Source: Candidatus Altiarchaeota archaeon (GTDB lineage Archaea; Altiarchaeota; Altiarchaeia; IMC4; SCGC-AAA252-I15). From it: DNA of 64,000 nucleotides. Numbering within the stretch: the stretch's first letter is position 1; each line of letters opens with the position of its first letter. This document shows, in pieces, positions 56,308 to 64,000 of the stretch. The notes beneath the pieces are model-generated. The model was not told the origin of the DNA. It saw nothing but the letters and a program-made list of their open reading frames with translations, and did not search any database. The translations under genes were made by a program, and so were the position numbers. Location of the stretch: contig JAZDNF010000013.1 in assembly GCA_043800255.1 (NCBI GenBank), positions 1-64,000 on the forward strand. The letters are read 5' to 3'.

Positions 56308-56319
56308 CGGATAACTGTT

Positions 56320-56775
56320 ATGGCTAGAATGCACGCGCGCAAGAAGGGGAAGTCTTCTTCAAAGAAGCCGGTAGGCGTTCCCATCAGGGAGTGGGTATCC
56401 TATTCTGCCAAGGATTTGGAGGAGATTATAGTGAAGCTCGGCAGGGAAGGGAAAAATGCGAGCGCAATCGGCCTGACATTGAGGGACCAGTATGGCGTGC
56501 CCTCCGTGAGGAACATCACGAAGAGGAGGGTAACGTCGATATTGAAGAAGAACGACCTCGCGCCTAAGATTCCTGACGACCTGAACAATCTCATAAAAAA
56601 CGCCGTCAAACTAAGGTCGCATCTGGAGAAGCACGTTAAAGACAAGCACAACAGGAGAGGTTTGACCCTCATGGAGGCTAAAATCCACAGGCTGTCAAAA
56701 TACTACAGGAGCAGAGGCTACCTGCCAGAGAGCTGGCGGTACGACCCTCAGAAGGCGAAACTGGAGGGGTTATGA
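56320..56775 (+). CDS. rps15: 30S ribosomal protein uS15 (S13e/S15p)
   Basis: MARMHARKKGKS, IGLTLRDQYGVP, PDDL, KDKHNRRGL, RLSKYY. Confidence 0.96.
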   Translation: MARMHARKKGKSSSKKPVGVPIREWVSYSAKDLEEIIVKLGREGKNASAIGLTLRDQYGVPSVRNITKRRVTSILKKNDLAPKIPDDLNNLIKNAVKLRSHLEKHVKDKHNRRGLTLMEAKIHRLSKYYRSRGYLPESWRYDPQKAKLEGL

Positions 56776-56978
56776 TGCATAAGGCCACGATGCTGACGGA
56801 ATCCAAGGACGCGAAAAACGTGCTGCTTTCGATTTCCGCGGACAACAAAGGCTACGCCGTATCCGAGCTTTCCGGCGACATGATAAGAACGCAAGCACAT
56901 TCAGATAACATTAGGACGCTGCTGTCGACATTGGATGACATGATATTCTGTCAGATGGTGGCGGAGTCGGTTGCATAA
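56772..56978 (+). CDS. KEOPS complex Pcc1-like subunit
   Basis: 68 aa, SISADN...LLSTLDD; conserved position between rps15 and rps3ae. Confidence 0.75.
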   Translation: MMHKATMLTESKDAKNVLLSISADNKGYAVSELSGDMIRTQAHSDNIRTLLSTLDDMIFCQMVAESVA

Positions 56979-56979
56979 G

Positions 56980-57540
56980 ATGGTATCAAAAAAGGGCATA
57001 AGCACTTGGAAGCAGAAGCAGGAGTACCAGATTCTGGCTCCGGAGACTTTCGAGGGGAAGAGGGTTGGTTCGACGCTGGCTTCAGACGAGAAGAAGCTGA
57101 TAGGCAGGAAGATCACAGTATCGTTGAAGGATTTGACTGACGACAGGGCTAAACAGCACATCAAGGTAACGTTCAAGATCGTTAGCACTTCAGGCAGCAA
57201 CGCGATCACAAAGTTCGACTCGTTCAACATCGCGATAGGATACCTTAAGTCAAGAACCAGGAAGGGCATGAAGAAGGTCGACTACATCATGGACCTCAAG
57301 GTTTCGGACGCTTCTATCAGGATAAAGACCGTTGTAATCACCGACAAGAGAATATCAAAAAATCAGAGGTCTGAGATCGCGAAAAAGATGACTGACATCT
57401 TCAACAAGTACAGCGGCTTGAAGCTTGATGAATTCGTTCAGCTCACGCTCTTCGGCAAGCTGGGGACCGAATTGTACCATAACGTGAAGAACATCTGCAG
57501 GATATCAAGGGTCGAGGTGTACGAGATCAAGACCCTCTGA
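56980..57540 (+). CDS. rps3ae: 30S ribosomal protein eS1 (S3Ae)
   Basis: WKQKQEY.ILAP..F, LIGRKI..SL.DLT, RVEV. Confidence 0.93.
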   Translation: MVSKKGISTWKQKQEYQILAPETFEGKRVGSTLASDEKKLIGRKITVSLKDLTDDRAKQHIKVTFKIVSTSGSNAITKFDSFNIAIGYLKSRTRKGMKKVDYIMDLKVSDASIRIKTVVITDKRISKNQRSEIAKKMTDIFNKYSGLKLDEFVQLTLFGKLGTELYHNVKNICRISRVEVYEIKTL

Positions 57541-57955
57541 TCGGATGAACCACTTTCTCTTTTGACAAGTCCAGTATTATCACCCTGTCCCTGATTTTCT
57601 CGAACGCCGCGCTGTTGGCGACAATCTTTCTCGCATCATCAGGCTTGCAGGACGAGTTGGAGCTCAATATTAGGACAGACCACTCCGATCCCAGTTCAAG
57701 TATCTTGAACAGATGCTTTGTGAGCTCTCCCATGGTGGAGAACTCCGCGTAGAATGCGACATTAGGTTCGACCCATACCAGATCCACCTTGCCCAGGTTG
57801 ACGCCATGCTTTATCACTGACGCATTCTCCATGAACGTGAACCCAAGCCTCCCGCCCAACAGCCTGTAGTAGTCGACTACCGCCTCACGGAACGGCATCT
57901 TAGAGCCTGAAACGTGCTTTTTCAACTCCCCGAATTTGCTCACAGTCTGAATCAT
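57527..57955 (-). CDS. Hypothetical protein, possible PD-(D/E)XK-like fold
   Basis: LGF...GKVDLVW...FYAEFS pattern. Confidence 0.5.
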   Translation of the reverse strand: MIQTVSKFGELKKHVSGSKMPFREAVVDYYRLLGGRLGFTFMENASVIKHGVNLGKVDLVWVEPNVAFYAEFSTMGELTKHLFKILELGSEWSVLILSSNSSCKPDDARKIVANSAAFEKIRDRVIILDLSKEKVVHPIRGS

Positions 57956-57998
57956 CTTCCATCCTTCTGCGCCCCGCCCATGTTTTACTATTTGGGGT

Positions 57999-61606
<3,608 letters not shown>

Positions 61607-61626
61607 TTATAGGTTTGAGTGTATAC

Positions 61627-62787
61627 TCACCAGTATTCTCCCTTCAGGTATTCCCTCAACAGCGAGGTGGCATAACACCCTTTTGGAAGGGAGAACGAGA
61701 TAATAACCTTCGTGAAACCAGCGTTAAGCTCGTCCCCGCCCGCAGACTCAAACCTGGAATCCATCACCGGGATGAAACAGTCCCTGTACTCTCCCTTGGA
61801 GCTGAGCTCAGGCATACGCCCAACCTTAAAATCCTCAGGGGATACGTTCTCACCGTCCAGTATCGAGGCTGTCACCTCATCCAGCTGGGTCTCATAACCA
61901 GGCAGCGGAAGCCTCTCGACATCAAAACCTTTTCGGATATACTCTGACAGCGCGAGGTTGAACACGTATGACTGGTAGGCGTGGACGAACATCCACCTCA
62001 GCTTCTGGGGGATGTTCCTGAGAGCGCCGACATGGTCTGTCGGCTTTTTCACAAGATGGTTCAATAAGGCGTGCTCATAGCCCAGATGCTTCGGGAAAGA
62101 CCTGATAGCCTCACCATAGTCTCCGCTCTCCCAGAAACGCTGCCTTGCGCTGTCACTCTCCCCTTCTTCAACTCCGAAAGACTTCCCCAAGTATATCCTG
62201 ACAGCCTCATTGAAATCCCCGCGCAGTATCTCCCTCCCGACAAGATGCGTTATGGGCCTCTGGATGCCGAACCGCTGGACTCCGTAATAGTTCGGGAACC
62301 CTGAGGATAGCTCGCCTGCAATCGCGTCAACCCTCCGCCTGACTTCATCCTCTGGCAGCACTATCTTTCTGACGGTTACCGAGAACCTGTTACCCTCCAG
62401 GTCGCCGAGGTTTATCCTGTCATCACTGTGGCTGAAGTCTGAGAGCATTATGTCTTTTATGCTGACCTTCTCCAGGTCTTCTAGCTTGACATCCCAGACG
62501 GAGACCCTCTGCCTGGTCACAGCCCGCCTGTCTTTTGTCCCAGCGAAGCCGAGCCGCTTCTGGCTCACCCTCAGTCTCTGAGAGATCTCCTTTATTGCCC
62601 TTAGGGTGTCCCAGTTCTTCTTCTCCAGCGTGAAATGGATGTACTGGCCTTCCTCTTCAAGCCTCTCCTCCGCAATCTCCTCGACGATGAAATCCTCAGG
62701 AACCTGCTTTATGACGCCGCCCACGCCTTCAGCTCCGGATTTGTAGCACCTCATGCCAACGGCACGTTCCAGTTCCGGCGGTTCCAT
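61627..62787 (-). CDS. truD: tRNA pseudouridine(13) synthase
   Basis: [47 protein letters not shown]. Confidence 0.95.
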   Translation of the reverse strand: MEPPELERAVGMRCYKSGAEGVGGVIKQVPEDFIVEEIAEERLEEEGQYIHFTLEKKNWDTLRAIKEISQRLRVSQKRLGFAGTKDRRAVTRQRVSVWDVKLEDLEKVSIKDIMLSDFSHSDDRINLGDLEGNRFSVTVRKIVLPEDEVRRRVDAIAGELSSGFPNYYGVQRFGIQRPITHLVGREILRGDFNEAVRIYLGKSFGVEEGESDSARQRFWESGDYGEAIRSFPKHLGYEHALLNHLVKKPTDHVGALRNIPQKLRWMFVHAYQSYVFNLALSEYIRKGFDVERLPLPGYETQLDEVTASILDGENVSPEDFKVGRMPELSSKGEYRDCFIPVMDSRFESAGGDELNAGFTKVIISFSLPKGCYATSLLREYLKGEYW

Positions 62788-62840
62788 TTACGGGTCTGCC
62801 TCCATGCTAAATTATTAACCTGGAATGTAAATACAATTCC

Positions 62841-63134
62841 ATGTACGCTGAAGCGCAGAAGCAGGTCAGAGAGTATGACAGGCGGTTCGGCTGGGATTCG
62901 GACAGAGCCAGTCACATCGCATTGCACATTCAGGAGGAGCTTGGAGAGGTCGCGAGGAGGGTTCTCAGGGATGAGGGCTACAAGAAGGAAAGATTCGACA
63001 AAGGCGAGCTTGCGCAGGAGCTCACCGACATATTATACCTTACATTGAAGCTGGCCAACAAGTATGATATAGACTTGGACTCTGAGTGGGAGCTTATGTG
63101 GAACAGATTCAAGAAGAAGACGAGCAGATTATAA
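62841..63134 (+). CDS. MazG-like NTP pyrophosphohydrolase
   Basis: EELGEVA...QELTDIL..LAN. Confidence 0.85.
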   Translation: MYAEAQKQVREYDRRFGWDSDRASHIALHIQEELGEVARRVLRDEGYKKERFDKGELAQELTDILYLTLKLANKYDIDLDSEWELMWNRFKKKTSRL

Positions 63135-63135
63135 A

Positions 63136-64000
63136 ATGGTTGAATTGAATCCTTGGGCGTCCGCCGACATAGAAGACTATCAGAAGCTTTTGGAGGAGTT
63201 CGGCATAGAATCTTTTGAAAAGTTCAGGGCGAAATTCGGCGGTAACCGTTACATCAGGCGGGGCATAATATTCGGCCACCGGGATTTCGGGAGAATCGCG
63301 GAAGCCATGGAGAGGAGGAAGCCTTACGCTATGATGACCGGGCTGATGCCGTCTGGGAAATTCCACTTCGGCCATAAGATGGTCGCTGACGAGATAATCT
63401 GGTTCCAGGAGAAGGGTGCTGAGATTTTCGTATGCGCCGCTGACGTGGAGTCGTGGCTGATGAGGGATGTCCCCTTCGAAGAGGCCAAGAGAATCGCAAT
63501 CGAAGAGTACCTGGAGAATTACATCGCATTAGGTTTGAAACCTAAGGGAGTCACATTCTGGTTCCAGTCAGACTACAGGAACGAATACTACCGGCTGAGG
63601 GACATGGCAGCCAAGAGGGTAACGTTCAATGAGATGAAGGCAATCTACGGCGACCTCACTCCTGGAAAAATCGTCTCCTCTCTGGCGCAGGTCGCTGACA
63701 TACTGCACCCGCAGCTTAAGGAGCTCGGAGGTCTGAAACCGGTTGTAGTCCCAGTTGGAGCAGACCAGGACCCGCACATCAGGCTGACGAGGGACATAGC
63801 CTCTAGGTTGAATGCTTATAGAATGGGACCACATGGCACGGTAGTCAACAAGGAGGGTAAAAAGACTGAGATTCCTCTAAAGGATGCTGAAGTTAGACAG
63901 GATTTCCCCTGTATTCCGCCGTCTGCGACTTATCATAAGTTCATGCACGGCCTCCAGGGTGGGAAGATGAGCTCTTCAGACCCTAAGAGTTACATCGCCC
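63136..64000 (+). CDS. trpS: Tryptophanyl-tRNA synthetase (runs off the window edge)
   Basis: Hand translation: MVELNPW...DYQKLLEEFGI...TGLMPSGKFHFGH...QVADILHPQ...VPVGADQDPHIRLTRD...GGKMSSS. Confidence 0.93.
   Translation, partial: MVELNPWASADIEDYQKLLEEFGIESFEKFRAKFGGNRYIRRGIIFGHRDFGRIAEAMERRKPYAMMTGLMPSGKFHFGHKMVADEIIWFQEKGAEIFVCAADVESWLMRDVPFEEAKRIAIEEYLENYIALGLKPKGVTFWFQSDYRNEYYRLRDMAAKRVTFNEMKAIYGDLTPGKIVSSLAQVADILHPQLKELGGLKPVVVPVGADQDPHIRLTRDIASRLNAYRMGPHGTVVNKEGKKTEIPLKDAEVRQDFPCIPPSATYHKFMHGLQGGKMSSSDPKSYIA

Noticed and set aside
62841-63134. MazG as an abortive-infection or toxin module
   Set aside because: Single small house-cleaning-type domain coupled to trpS, with no toxin-antitoxin neighbours

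Overview
Gene-dense archaeal chromosomal window (roughly 50% GC by eye). Gene content, the multiple KaiC-like ATPases and the giant LamG/Ig surface protein fit a biosynthetically competent DPANN-type archaeon such as Ca. Altiarchaeota (inference). Most of it is housekeeping: purine, His, Phe, Met and branched-chain amino acid synthesis, ino1 and AIP synthase, tRNA modification, ribosomal proteins, PriL, RFC-L, Hef, HerA, Cdc48, form III RuBisCO and TrpRS. I saw no CRISPR array, tRNA, rRNA, integrase or transposase. Most notable: (1) a single-chain RaSEA-ArcS archaeosine synthase fusion; (2) a probable uS15 autoregulatory leader hairpin resembling 16S helix 22; (3) tandem palindromic operators between a divergent PadR gene and ino1; (4) a 2176-aa adhesin whose three LamG modules have near-identical DNA flanks but divergent cores; (5) a twice-repeated 'DCGG Cys-rich surface protein -> KaiC-like ATPase' gene pair; (6) a 0.5-kb AT-rich insert bounded by direct repeats, with mirror-image wobble-base skew on either side. 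All calls are from manual motif recognition; no database searches were run.
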